From contig NW_005201318.1 in NCBI RefSeq assembly GCF_000372725.1, forward strand, positions 1 through 48,857: a stretch of DNA of 48,857 bases, read 5' to 3'. Origin of the DNA: Emiliania huxleyi CCMP1516. Taxonomy: Eukaryota. Numbering within the stretch: position 1 is the first letter of the stretch; the number at the start of each line of letters is the position of its first letter. The notes beneath the pieces were generated by a model. That model did no database searches and was not told the DNA's origin. It saw only the letters and a program-made list of their open reading frames with translations. The position numbers were made by a program, and so were the translations under genes. Below, in pieces: positions 1-12,023 of this stretch.

Positions 1-2103
1 CGTCAACAGTGGGTGTGAGGGTGGCGCAGGTCACCGAGCAGCTTCGAACGCGTCCCGAGCAGCAACGGCAGGACGAGGTGCAGAGCCATTGATGATCTGC
101 GCCCGCCGCGCCGGTGCCCAGATTCGGTCGATCAAAATGCCCGTGTTCGACGTGTTGCACGATTCGTGTCGGGTTTGTCGGAGATTATCGGATTCTTCTT
201 CTCTCTCTCCGTTTTCTTTCTTTCTTAGTGTGCCAGTCCGCGCCAGTCCGCGCCCTTGTCGTGCCAGTGTGCTGTGAGAGAGGCTTGTATTGTAAGAATT
301 CTCTGTTCCATGAGTACCGAGACGTGCCCCCCCTTCACAAATCAAGACGTCTGCAAATGCTGAGTAGATGCTCGGCGCGTAGGAAACATGCAATTGAGAT
401 ACAAAACCACTCGGGTGAGTCACTGAGAGTTCAGACACGCAGGCAGACACGCAGGGTTAATGCACGCGATAGATCTCTACAGGTGTGAGATAGCAGCCTT
501 GCCGGCCGCGCCCAACTGCAAACTAAGTTCGGCGGGTTCGTTTCCGTTTAGCAAACGAGGCGGGCGTGTAGGCGGCACGAAACAGCTGCGCGCGTGCCCG
601 CGGATAGCTGTTACTCAGCGCCGTGCCATCCCGGGGCGGAGCCTACCTACCTATTGCGGGCGCCAATCGCCAGGCTCCGTGCCCCACCTACCTACCTAAC
701 TTACCTATTCCCAGGCCGCGCAAGCGAAGCGGAAAAATACCCGTTAGCCCTCTGTGAATAGGCTCCCACCGCGGGCGCCGCCGCCGCTCCCGTCTCGGCT
801 GGCGTCCCAGCCGCAGGCGACTCGTCTGGCATGGCCCGTTCGCGGCTACCCGGGTAGCCGTCTCCCGCGCAAGCGAAGCGGTTTTTTTACTTTCACCCCC
901 CCACCCCCCCACACACCACCGCCACCTACCTATCTATTGCGGGGCCCTCTGGGTACCTACCTATTGCATAGGGTCTAACCGTGGAGAACAGACCCCCTAT
1001 CTGGGTAGGAGCCGGAACCCTGCGGTACTGGGTCATCACTGGCTAGCTGTTCGGTTCCCGTTTGCGAGTATCGGGAATAATGGGGCAGCCTGCTCATGCT
1101 GGAGCGCACGCACTCGCGCAGTTTCGAAGATGTCTCGTCGTACAGTGAGAGCTCGGAAGCGAGCTTTGCACGGCGATCGAGGATGGCGCGGTTCACCCCC
1201 TTCACCTCTCCGTGTATGAGTTTACGAGGGTGAGAAGGAAGAGCGTTGCCTGGCAGTAGAAAAAAAATTGCTTTAGTAGAAAAACGGGCACGCATAATCT
1301 CCCCCCTCCATTCCTGTCTGTGCCCCCCCCCCCCCCTCCCAAACGGAGGGGGCCAAGCCCCCCATCGAAAGCAAGAAGAAGTATTTTTGAATCCGCATCT
1401 CGGCTGCGCAATTGGAGCACTTGGAGTGCAGTCATCAACCTCACATCCAGGGCCGGGGAGCTGAGGAGCGCACCCAGCGGGCCGGATGATCGGTATCGCT
1501 ATCGGGTTACGGGCTAGAGAGCCCTAGCCCCGGGGGTGCGCGTTCGCAGGGAAAGGGCCGTAAAGTAAACACGGGTCTCCGAGGGTTGGACCCGCGTACC
1601 GGGTTTCCCCTTAACTGCAAGACGCCCCCTCTACTCGGAGCTAGTTAGTGGACATTACACTGTACACCACGCCCAAACACACAGACACTTGCTTAGTCCT
1701 CGGTCCCGGAGCTCCACCTTCCGTCCTATTCGTTCTCTTGCTCGCTTGCCGAGGGAGCGTCATATACGACGGCCGGTGTTGTAAATAAATAAATAAATAC
1801 AACGGACATCCCAAGCTAGGGCTGGGTCGAGGACAGACACGTCCCCACCTTTGCAGGATTTTGCAAAAGCGAGGGGGGAGGGCGCATCGCCGCGCGGAGA
1901 GGGCTGGGCACAGGGCACAGGGGATCTCTCTCGCATAGGATATGCACTCGGCGGCACGAGGGCAAGGCTGGGCGTCCTATTTGTGCTCCCCCCCCGTTCC
2001 CTCGTTCTTGGAAGGGGCTTTCTGCGCTCGGCCTTTCGTCTTCGCCCGCTTCTCTCTCGATCTCTCAGCTCCACCGGTTCCGAGCCAAAGCGTGCATGCC
2101 AGC

Positions 2104-3108
2104 ATGGACTCCGCCGCGCTGCGTACGATAACCCTCGACCACCGCCAGTACTTTGTCGCCGCGAGTGCCGTGCCCGGCGGCGGCGTCCAAGTCGCACTCA
2201 CCGACGGCGCCGACTCCTGGAGTGGCACTCTCCCCGCGTCGGAACTGACACCACCAAACCGCATGGACGCTGCAGACTATGCGAGGCGTCTCCGTGACGG
2301 GCTGCTCGGCCGCGCATCGGCAGTGGGCGACCACCTCGAGCTCGAGTTGGTGCCGCCAAGCGAGCGCAAGCTGGTCTGGCGCGCCTCTGTGCAGCACACC
2401 GGCCCGCTGCCGCTGCGCTTCGCGCTTAGCCAGGCACGCACGGCCTCACTGCATGGCCGCGCCGCGGCGCCGCGCCGCGCCCACCTGAGCCGGCGTGGCG
2501 TGGCAGGCGATCCGGCTGCCTGCGGAAGGGTCACCCGGCGAGACAGCGCGGGCGATGGCGGCGCGTTTGGCCCGACACGTGAGCGAACTGCAGGCGGAAG
2601 TGGAGGACGGCGACGAGGCGGAGCGCCGGCTGGCGGACGAGGCGGGACAGGTCCACGCCCTGCGCGCCGGCGTCTTGTGCGCCCAAGCCGAGGCGGTTCC
2701 CGAGGCACGCCGGCGCCGACACACGGGCCTGTTGCCTCGGCCCCCTCGCAGCCGAGTCCCTCGACGCTCGCGCAGGCGCGAAAAGCCATGATGGAAGCAC
2801 TCAACCGCATTAAGTTGCGCTGCTCGCGGCTCGATGCCGCGCTCGAGCGATACGAGCGCGGCGGCGACTCATTTGGAGCGCTCTCCGAGGCCGAGGGGAG
2901 TCCCTCCGAGAGTGACCACGAGTCGGGAGGCGGCGCCGCGAGAAGGGAGGGGGTGCGGGGCGGCGGCGCGGGCAGCCTCAAGCGCCCCGCCTGCACCGGC
3001 CAGACCAGCAATAAGCGGCCCGCTACACTTGCAAACGAGACGGCGGCCGCGGCAGCAGCACGACCAGCAGACCTTGCCATGAGCGAGTCTCTCGCAGACA
3101 TGCTATGA
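2104..3108 (+). CDS. XRCC4-like NHEJ scaffold protein (3 exons: 2104-2433, 2507-2704, 2776-3108)
   Basis: Head-domain motif VALTDGADSWSGTL..SEL..MDAADYARRLRDGLLG resembles XRCC4 ITLTDGHSAWTGTVSESEI..KYVGELRKALL. Two GC-AG introns (73 and 71 nt) join the frames into head + coiled coil (MMEALNRIKLR) + disordered tail. Confidence 0.65.
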   Translation: MDSAALRTITLDHRQYFVAASAVPGGGVQVALTDGADSWSGTLPASELTPPNRMDAADYARRLRDGLLGRASAVGDHLELELVPPSERKLVWRASVQHTGPLPLRFALSQARTASLHGRAAAPRRAHLSRRGVAGDPAACGRVTRRDSAGDGGAFGPTRERTAGGSGGRRRGGAPAGGRGGTGPRPARRRLVRPSRGGSRGTPAPTHGPVASAPSQPSPSTLAQARKAMMEALNRIKLRCSRLDAALERYERGGDSFGALSEAEGSPSESDHESGGGAARREGVRGGGAGSLKRPACTGQTSNKRPATLANETAAAAAARPADLAMSESLADML

Positions 3109-3361
3109 GACATCGCTCTGAAATCGCGTTCGCGAGTAGGTGTAGACTAGATGTGCGTTTCAAAGAGGCTTTCAAGCAGGCGATCGTCGGTGTGAGGTGT
3201 GTGTGGACGACACACACGGTCTAGCCGAGCAGGGTAGCACACGGTGGCTCTCCCCTCTCCGGCTCCCAGGGGGCCCGGGGGGCTGGTGAGTGTGGCGCTC
3301 CCCGGCATGAACGACACAAATCGGCACCGGATTCACGCGCTCTCAAGCAGCCCCCGCCTCT

Positions 3362-4117
3362 CTACTGCTTGGGCGGCTCGGCGATCCCCAGCTCCTTGTA
3401 GAGCTCGGCCATGCGCTGTTGCATGTAGGCGCCCGACTTTGCGTGCGCCTGTGGGGACAAAAGTCCAAACCGGGCGTCTCAGATTCGAGTGGGGCCAGGC
3501 CGGGCACAGCCAAGTCTCACGCCTGCTTCATCGCGGCCGCCACCTCCGCCGAAACCGCCTCGGCGCCCTTGGCCACCATTTCATCGCTCACCTTGACGTC
3601 CAGGGGCACCTGATATTCAAGCCCAATGGTGGCGTCTAAGCGGTGCTGCCTCGCAACCTCGCCCCCCATCCCTCCCTGGCTTCCTGCATCGCCGTGATTT
3701 TGACGAGGATCGCACCCTCGTTCGTGGCAACCTCCACCTCGGTCTGACCCAGCTCCTCCTGAAGCGCTTGGATCTTTTGGCCAAGCGCCGCGTACTTCTT
3801 CATGTTTTCAGGGTTGAACATGTCCTTGGCGGCCTTCATCTGCGAGCCGGTGAGTGATTGGTCGCTGGACTATCCTCAGGGCTTGCCGGCGAGCGGATCC
3901 ACACGGCGGCGCACACCTGCTCCATGAAACCTCCCATCCCGCCCTCGCCGTCCGGCTTGCCCCCTGCGCCCCCAAACATCATGCGGCAGCAGCTGCTAGA
4001 CGACGCGCTGCTCGCAGCGGCGCCAGCTGGCAGCCGCAGACCCGCGGCGGGCAGGCGGAACGCGTCGCACGACAGGCAGAAGGAGGCGAGCAGCACGACG
4101 AGATCGCGTGGCGTCAT
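3362..4117 (-). CDS. Plastid-targeted YbaB/EbfC (STIC2-like) nucleoid-associated family protein, 4 exons
   Basis: Signal peptide + transit-like MTPRDLVVLLASFCLSCDA-FRLP. Core KIQALQEELGQTEVEVATNEGAILVKITAMQ|VPLDVKVSDEM..AEVAAAMKQ|AHAKSGAYMQQRMAELYKELG matches the YbaB pattern. Introns near 3916-3840, 3683-3610 and 3522-3449. Confidence 0.8.
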
Positions 4118-4249
4118 CGTGTGCGGCAAGCTCGACAAAAAATGAATGCTGGCGCTTCACACATGACACGTCCTCACGTATTTTTCATTTAATTGCTCGA
4201 GGATTTTCACAGGGGCGCGGACTGGCGCGATTTCCTTGGGCCTCCAGTG

Positions 4250-5690
4250 GGAAGGAAGCCGGGGAAGATGACTCCGAGGAGGACGAACCAGTGGAAATCC
4301 AGTTGTCAGATGTCACGATGCACCCGAAGGGGACCCCAGCGCCGGCATCATCCGTAGTGCGTAGAGGCACGAGTGTTCGAAGTACGAAGAGAGAGTGGAC
4401 CTGAGCAACGACATGACTTGGAGGCAAGATCGGAGTGGGAGTCAGAAATGTGGTCCTTGCGCGAGGGGAGCTCGATAGACTCGAGGGGCCAGGATACGCC
4501 GCGAGGAGGACGGAGTTGCGCCGAAAGGCCAAAGAAGCCGCGAGAACAAGGGACCGCGGCAGGCGGCGGCGTCGCAGGACGAGGCAGAAGAGAACGACGC
4601 GACAGAGGAGGAAGTGACAAGGGAGAGAACGACGAGAGTGGGACGACCGCGAGGTGGCATGAAGGTTGCAGCGAGAAGCGGCGAGAGACTGCGAAGAGAG
4701 ATAGGAAGAGGCAGACTCCCTAGGGTGGGCGACGGCTAGCACATCACACACCTCTCCTTAAAATCCCTGTGTGGTGGCGGCCTGAGGGAGGGTGTAGAGG
4801 ATGTAGAGTGTAGAGCGCTGTAGAGCTGTAGAGATGTAGAGCGCTGTAGAGCTGTAGAGCTCTACATCCGCCGCGGGACGAAGCGCCTCCGTTGTAGAGC
4901 GATGTAGAGGCGCTCTACAACGTGAAATCTCTACAACAAACTCTACATCATAAGCGGCGAACGAGGCGCGTTGCACTTGCCAGTGCTGCCCTGGCCTTCT
5001 GTCTGCCCGCCCAATGGGTGGCAGGTGCCTCTGCTGCTGTGGCATGCCTCACGGCTGCGACTGGCCGGCGCCTCGGCGCGTCAGCTCGGCTCGGCGTAGC
5101 GATCGTGGCCAGCGCAACTCGCCTGGACTCAACGCTCAGCCAGGAGCTCCCGCACGCGCTGGCGCGAGGCATGGCGCATGCAACGCGTCTGAATGCTCGC
5201 CTCGCTCGCGCAAATGCGACCGTCCTCGCAGCCGACAGTCCACCGCCTGCTAAAGAAGCACAGCGACGAATGCGGCACCGGCGACACATGGCAGGCTGGT
5301 CATGACGCAGTTATAGGGTGTTGTGTGCCGTCAGAGTCACTCTCTGTGTGTCAGAGATAGTCAGGGCTGTCCATCAGAGCTCCACTAAGCTCGGAGACAC
5401 CCCATTAGCGCGGCTCGACCTCTTTGAGTCACTGCCTTCCCGGCGGTTTGGCTGTAGAGCCTCTACAACAAACTCTACAGCAAAATCGCGCTCTACATCG
5501 CTCTACAACGGAGGCGCTTCGTCCCGCGGCGGATGTAGAGCTCTACAGCTCTACAGCGCTCCAGAGCGCTCTACATCTCTACAGCTCTACAGCGCTCTAC
5601 ACTCTACATCCTCTACACCCTCCCTCAGGTGGCGGCGTGCCGTCCTCCCACCCCTCCCTTGGGTTGTCTGTTTTCTTTCTTTCTTTCTTT
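4250..5690 (+). mobile_element. 5'-truncated LINE-like 3' fragment (copy of 29560-30135), interrupted by a MITE
   Basis: 4250-4781 is a slightly diverged, frameshifted copy of ~29560-30079. 5629-5690 continues the same 3' UTR into a (TTTC)n tail. Confidence 0.75.
4782..5628. mobile_element. Non-autonomous TIR element (MITE) with ~130-bp TIRs built of TGTAGAG subrepeats and an 8-bp TSD GTGGCGGC
   Basis: The left end ctgagggagggtgtagaggatgtagag... is the reverse complement of the right end ...ctctacaccctccctcag. GTGGCGGC lies at 4774-4781 and 5629-5636. The empty site is present at ~30072. Confidence 0.85.
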
Positions 5691-6387
5691 GTGCCTGTGA
5701 TAGTACTAGCACGCGCCAGTTCGCACCTGTGTCGAGCCTTGGAGCACTTTTGGAGCAACTTGGAGTGCAGTTATCAGCCTCACATCCAGGGCCGGGGAGC
5801 TGAGAAGCGCACCCAGCCTGTCTGCTGTGAGAGAGAGTTGTTTTGTTTAAATTCTTTGTGCGACAAAAAGAATTTTACGAGAAAACAATTCAAAATTCAC
5901 AGCCACAGTTCGAAACGACAAAAGAATTATGATCGAAAAGAATTATTGATATTTTGCCGGTTTCCTCGGTTTCGCCTCAGATTTTGCAGACCGGAAACGC
6001 AAAGTGCGGGGACCCTCTCGACCGCGAGGTAGTTGGCATGATGGAGCACTTGGAGCACTTGGATGAAGGCCACTAACTACGTACGGGAGGAGGGGGTCGA
6101 TCGAGAGAGGAAGGAAGGAGAGACTGCGACGAGCGAGAGGTAGGGAGGGAGGGAGAGAGAGGCAGGCAGGCAGACGCGCCCGAGGGCAAACAAAGATGGA
6201 GGTCTAGCCGATAAATTAGGGCAAACAAAAAGATGGAGGTCTAGTTAGGCACTCCAAGTGCTCCAACTGGCCTGATAAATTCTTTCGTTAAACAAAGAAA
6301 GCAAACGCAGCCCCGGCAGCCGTAATCAGTAGCCAGTGCTATGTTAAAGACCGCATGTTGTGCGCCGTCGCGGCACGGAACGTGTGT

Positions 6388-9300
6388 ATGAGGTCCGCTA
6401 TTGTCACCCTGTGCCTCGCGGCCGCGCTGAGCGAGTCGCCCCCGCCGCTGTCCCCGCCGTCCCCGCCCTCTCCTCTTCGTCCGCGGCCTGAGGGTCCTTC
6501 TTTTTGGGACGTCGTCGCCGGCCCCTCTGGCGACGGAAGATACACGTCAAACGACTACGACCTGGCTCCCGACCAACAGGATATGGCCGTCGAGTGCCCA
6601 GCAGGCCAGTCAGAGTACGATTGCATAGAGAGGTTCATAGACGATCCCACCACGGCCCAGCCGCCCGTGGGTACCACGATGGCATGGCAGCTCACCGGGA
6701 CCGCCCCAACCACTGCGAGCGCCGTGGGTACCATCAGCTTCTCTGGCCCAGCTTCGATATTTCCAAAGACGCACATCACCGGCGTGGAGATCTGTCCCGT
6801 GGCGGGTGGGTGCGGCTTCACCGACCCCTACGGGCTCGAGATCAGGAACTCGGCGGAACTCTTCATCGAGTGGATCAACAAGGAGCGCGGAGGCCTCACG
6901 GTGGCGGGCCAGAAGTTCGGGTTGTGGTACTCGATGGTCGAGGACTACTCGAGCGTCAAGCACGTCGGTCGCGCCCTCTCCTCCTCCTCGCGCGCGCTCA
7001 CTCAGCTGGCCGCGGCTCAATTCATTCTCGCGCCGTACTCGTCCACGCTCACGCCGATCGCGGCCGCCCAGGCTGCCCAGGAGGGGCTGATAATGATCGC
7101 CTCGGCCGCGGCCGTCGAGTCCGCCATCACGCAGTACGACAAAACGTTCGGCATCCTCGCTCCTGGCAAAGACTACATGAAGAACCCGATCGCCTCGATC
7201 GTGGCGAAGGCGGGCGCGACAGTTGCGCCAGAATTTGAAGCCGACTACGGCAGCGGTCAGGCGCGGGGCATTGATCCCGGGAGTGGCGCGGAGCTCGAGG
7301 AAGGAAGCGGCCAGGAATTCGGCGTCGGTGTGTTCAGCCGCGAAGCTGAGACTGCACCGAGGCTCAATGACATCGGGCCCTGCCACGATGCCTACAAAGG
7401 GACAGAAAGCTGCCTCCGCCACCTCAAAGTGGGGTTCATCCAGGCGGATGCAGCCTTCAACAAAGACGTGTGCGAGGGCGCCATTCTTTGGACGGAGGCA
7501 CGTGACATTCACCTTAGACGCCCAATGAGCAGAGACACACGCCCAGCCTGTTACTAGAGACGCTGACGTAGCGCCTGACTCCTCCACTCGCTCGCCCTTA
7601 GGAGCTGCTCGGCGCGGACCAGGTCGCCAAGCAACCCGGAAACACCGAGGCGGATCTGGTGATGACCATCCCGAAGGAGCCGGGCCTGAAGGAAACGAAG
7701 GATGCTCTGCAGGGTCTGCGGGACCAAGACGTCAACGTCATCATCGCTTGCACGGTGTCCAGCACTGCGGAGAAGGTGATCGCCGCGCTGGAGCAGATGG
7801 AATGGACGCCGCTCGCCCTAGTCACGTCGAGCTCCGTGGGCGTTGGAACCTACGGCGCGAGGGTGGCGAGCGGCTGGTGGCAAGGGGAGTCCGTCATCGG
7901 ACCCGCGTTTTGGTACCACACCGAGCCGTCCGGCACGGTCGGCGAATTCACGGGCATGACCTCGGCAGATTTTTATGCGCTCTACGAGCTCGGGCACACC
8001 AACCAAGCTGTCTCGTACATTGGCGCCTCTGCATTCACAGGACTCGCCAGCCTCAGCAAGGCGATCGAGACGGCGGTGGACACAGACGCACTGCTGGGAG
8101 ACGAGGTGGAGACGCGTTGCAAAGAAATACTTTTCGGCGCCGGCAACGTGGCACCGCTTAATTCGCCTTGTGTCGGCGTCGCCTCGAAAACCGCGGGAGA
8201 GCTGGCGACGGAGCTCAAGGATCAGACAGGGACGTTCGCGGCGTGGCCTTACGGCTCTTGGCCTCGGGCCGCCGGGTACATGCAGATGGTTGGCTTCTAT
8301 GACAAGGTTCTTGCTGCCCTGAACAACCTCCAGCTCACGGAATTCTTCGCGCCGGTGGACTTCACCACTTCGCGCCAAAACCAAGCCGACCAGCTTGTGC
8401 TCCAGTATCGCAGCTTCGACGTGCAGACGGGCGACGCCGTGGTGATAGCCGATGCCGCCAGCCAGCTGGAGTTTCCCATCAAATCGTGGAAGATGCGCCG
8501 GTGCGAGAAAGAGGGCCCGTCGATCAACTGGAAGTACTCCTCGATTCGATGTGGGTTCAGCTGGGACGACGCGGATCAGGAGTGCCATGCGGACTGTAGC
8601 GGCGACGAGGCGCTAGACATGGGGCAGACTAAGTACTGCGAGTCCTTCGGGTACGATCAGTGCTACGTGGATCTAGCCCCGTGCACGATTGGGAGCACCC
8701 TTCTGGACGACGACGAAGACGCATGTAATTGGCGTGGCCTCTGCGACGATGATGGCAACTGCGACTGTGACGAGGGCGCGTTTGGCGATAGATGCGAGAA
8801 AGATGTCGCAAATCAGAATTACCTGCCGCTCCCTTCGCGGTACGGCAGCTGGGGCATCGCCGCTGCTGGAATCGCCTTCGCCTATTTTTGTATCGGCTGG
8901 ACGTGCGTGAACCGGAAGACCAAGGTGTTGAAGGCCGCACAGCCATCGTTCCTCGTCGTCATCGCCATCGGCTGCATTTGCTGCATCTCGGCGATATTCC
9001 CCGCTTCGTTTGACCATCGCGGCCGTACAGAGGTGTGGATCGAGGACAACTTCTTCGTCCGTGGCAATCGCATGGGCTACCCTGAGCTCGACGTGGCTTG
9101 CAACACTCAGGTCATCCCGCCCCCCGCACCGACTGGCTACACCCTGCACAACGAGCCCTGCACGCTGATGCACGCTGAGCCCCCCCCCCCCCCCTCCACC
9201 TTCTGGCCCACTCGCCTTATCTCAGGTCTGGATCTACTGCCTGGGCTTCACCATCACCTTTGGGGCGCTCCTCACCAAGCTTTGGCGGGTCATGCGAATC

Positions 9301-10455
9301 GTGAACAACACCTCAGTCACACTCAAGAAGATGCCCGAGTGGCAGCTGTGGTCGATTGCGATGACGCCCTTCCTGGTGCAACTGGGCATCGTGCTTGCGT
9401 GGTGGCAACTAGCGCCCCTCCGGTGGGTGGTCACGACGGACGTCGAAAACGACGTGGGGCTTTTGCAGCAGCATGGCTCATGTGTCATCTCGAGTGACGT
9501 CAGCGGCGAGGCGACGGCATCCTTGGGCATCATATTCCTTGCACTCTCCATCGGCGTGCAGCTGGGCCTGCTACTCATCGGCAACTTCCTCTGCTTCCTC
9601 GCGCGCGGTATTCCGACAGAGTATGCCGAGACGAAGTACATCGCCTTCACTATGGCGTCGCACCTGCAGACGAAGCTCTTTGCACTGCTGGCTGGCTCAT
9701 TCATCTACAACTTGCCCTACGTGCTCTTCATTGTCAAGGTCCTCGTGGTGTTCATCTCAGACATTGGGACGCTAATCTTCATCTTCGCTCCAAAGATGTA
9801 CATGCTGTGTCGGGAGGGGGAGGAAGGCATGGCGGCAGCGGGCATGCAGCTCCGCGCTTACGCGGCCAAGCGCTGGGAGAAGGATGCGGCAACTGACAGC
9901 CGCTTCACCGACCGAGGCGTCGAAGAGAGCAAGGGGGGCGCCCCGTACACGCGTCAGCCCGAAAAGATGGTGATGAGCATCAAGACTCAGACCGGCGCCT
10001 CGCTAGCTGACCTGACCACCAGCAAGGACGACGACGATGAGCAAAACAGGTTGCCCGTTGTCGACGTCCACGAGACGGCAGTGCAATCCGCCGTCGACGA
10101 GGCGCGCCAGGCCGATGCTCCCACACAAAGCGCAGGGGCGGCGATTATGAGACAGCTATCTGGACTTGGCGGGAGATTCGGTGCACGACCACCGTCAACC
10201 TCAAACGCTGCGGCGGACAAGGTGGAAATCGTAACGAATGTGTCGAGGCTGTCGGCGGCAGCCCCACCACCTCCGGTCAAGCCCTCCGCGACCCCGCCTG
10301 CCAGCCGAGCATCGCCCGCACCGCCGCCGCAGAGCATGCTCTACGGTACCCACAAGCCATTGGCGCCCCGCCCCGCCGTCGAATCGGGCAGGGCCGCTGG
10401 CTTTTGGGGAAGAGCTCCGCCCAAGAAGGAGCGTGCCTCTGGCGACATGTTGTAG
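6388..10455 (+). CDS. Class C (GABA-B-like) GPCR: signal peptide, periplasmic-binding-protein/Venus-flytrap ectodomain, EGF-like Cys module, 7tm_3 (exons 6388-7497, 7602-9110, 9226-10455)
   Basis: Signal MRSAIVTLCLAAALS. PBP1-type motifs INKERGGLTVAG and FILAPYSSTLT. EGF-like CNWRGLC..GNCDCDEGAFGDRCE. Class C motifs KVLKAAQPSFL, WIYCLGFTITFGALLTKLWRV, ARGIPTEYAETKYI and IFAPKM. The introns keep the frame. Confidence 0.85.
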
Positions 10456-10965
10456 TTGATCGAATCGTTAGCTTGTACGTACGTCTCTCTCAGCTTGTTA
10501 ATCTGTTTTAATTAATACTGGAGGAAGAAGGCAAGAACAACCATATCCCGCTCTCCCGACCCACAGCCGACCAAGAGAGTGAGATCCGGTCAGAGAGATA
10601 TTTCCCCGGCTGGCCGCTCCCCGCAGCCGCACCCCCCCCGGCACCAACTTGATTCGTAGATGCGCGTCTCACGGCCGGACCCCGCGGGACGGGGAGGGAG
10701 GGGGGTGGATCCGTAAATCCGTAAGTCCGTAAATCGTGTAACAAAAAACCAAGACTCCCCCGCCGCACCCAGCTACAAGGCAGGCAGAGGAGACACAGCA
10801 CTCGCGACACGCTGAGAAGCCGGGGGCTGGCCTCTCCAATGCTCGCGCAACGCTGTCTGAGTGTCTGTGCACGCGCAGCAGCTCTCCGGGGTCCGCGCGG
10901 GCGGCGCACACAGTGGGAGGGCGACGACCGTGCGACTGTAACGCTACGTATATCTCTTAACAACC

Positions 10966-11969
10966 TCCGGCACCAAACTTGATTCGTAGATCGGCGTCTC
11001 CCCCTCCCCCTATGGGCCGCCACCCCCCTTCAATCCGTAAATCCGTAACATCGCGTGAAAAGCGCCCAAATTGAGCGTGGAAGCGGCTCCAGCCGGTTCG
11101 GAGCGTGCCCCAGCTTGCGGGAGGCGATACACGGCGTGAACGAGGACTTCGGCGACGTCCGTTGCGTTGGGCTTGGACACGCGACACATATGGCACGGAC
11201 GATCTCAGCATTGTGCTGGAGGGTCTGCTCAACGAACTCGGGATAGCTGACCTCAGTACGTTCGAGGCTTTGCTCTTGCACGATACAGGCGCGGTGCTCG
11301 ACGCGATCCGAAGCACCGCTGCAGCCGCAGAGGCTGGTGCGGCGGCTTATGCCAGCTCGGCCACGAGCAATGTTGTTGTGTCCCCAAGCAGCGCTGATGT
11401 AATCTCCGCGCAGCACAAGGGCAGCTTCTCCCGCACTCTCGTCAGCACAGACGCGCAAACCACGCTAAAGGGCTCGGACATCCATGCAGCTGTGAGTAGT
11501 GCGAGTGCTGAGATGCTGCTCCAGAGGCGCGCTGATGCCGCAGCGAGGCGGAGAGGTCAAGGCGCTGCACAACAAGATGGAGGGGATTATGCACACGCGT
11601 GAGGGGTTGATAGTCGCACTCGCAGAGGCGCAGCACGGCAAGCACGAATATAGTGATTGTTAAGAGATATACGTAGCGTTACAGTCGTACGGTCGTTGAC
11701 CCTCCCACCGTGTGGCCTGGAACGCCCGGACCCCAGAGCTGCGCACGTGCAGACAGCGTTGCGCGAGCGTTGGAGAGGCCAGCCTCCGGCTTCTCAGCGT
11801 GTCGCGAGTGCTGTGTCTCTATCTGCCTGGTGGATGGGTGTGGTGGGGGACTCCTGGTGGCTTTTTGTTACAAATTTACGGAATTACGGATTTACGGATC
11901 GACCCCCCTCCCTCCCCGTCCCGCGGCCCGGCCGTGAGACGCCGATCTACGAATCAAGTTGGTGCCGGA
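10966..11969 (+). mobile_element. Inner copy of the same TIR element, internally deleted, opposite orientation
   Basis: TIRs tccggcaccaaacttgattcgtagatcggcgtctc and gagacgccgatctacgaatcaagttggtgccgga. It lacks ~300 nt of the coiled-coil ORF found in the outer copy. Confidence 0.75.
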
Positions 11970-12023
11970 ATACACTATATTCGCGCTTGCGCTGCGCCTC
12001 TGGGCCCTCTGCGAGTGCGACTA

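Noticed and set aside
975..1295. 106-aa minus-strand ORF
   Set aside because: No recognisable motif or splice context. It lies in repeat mosaic and may be an element remnant.
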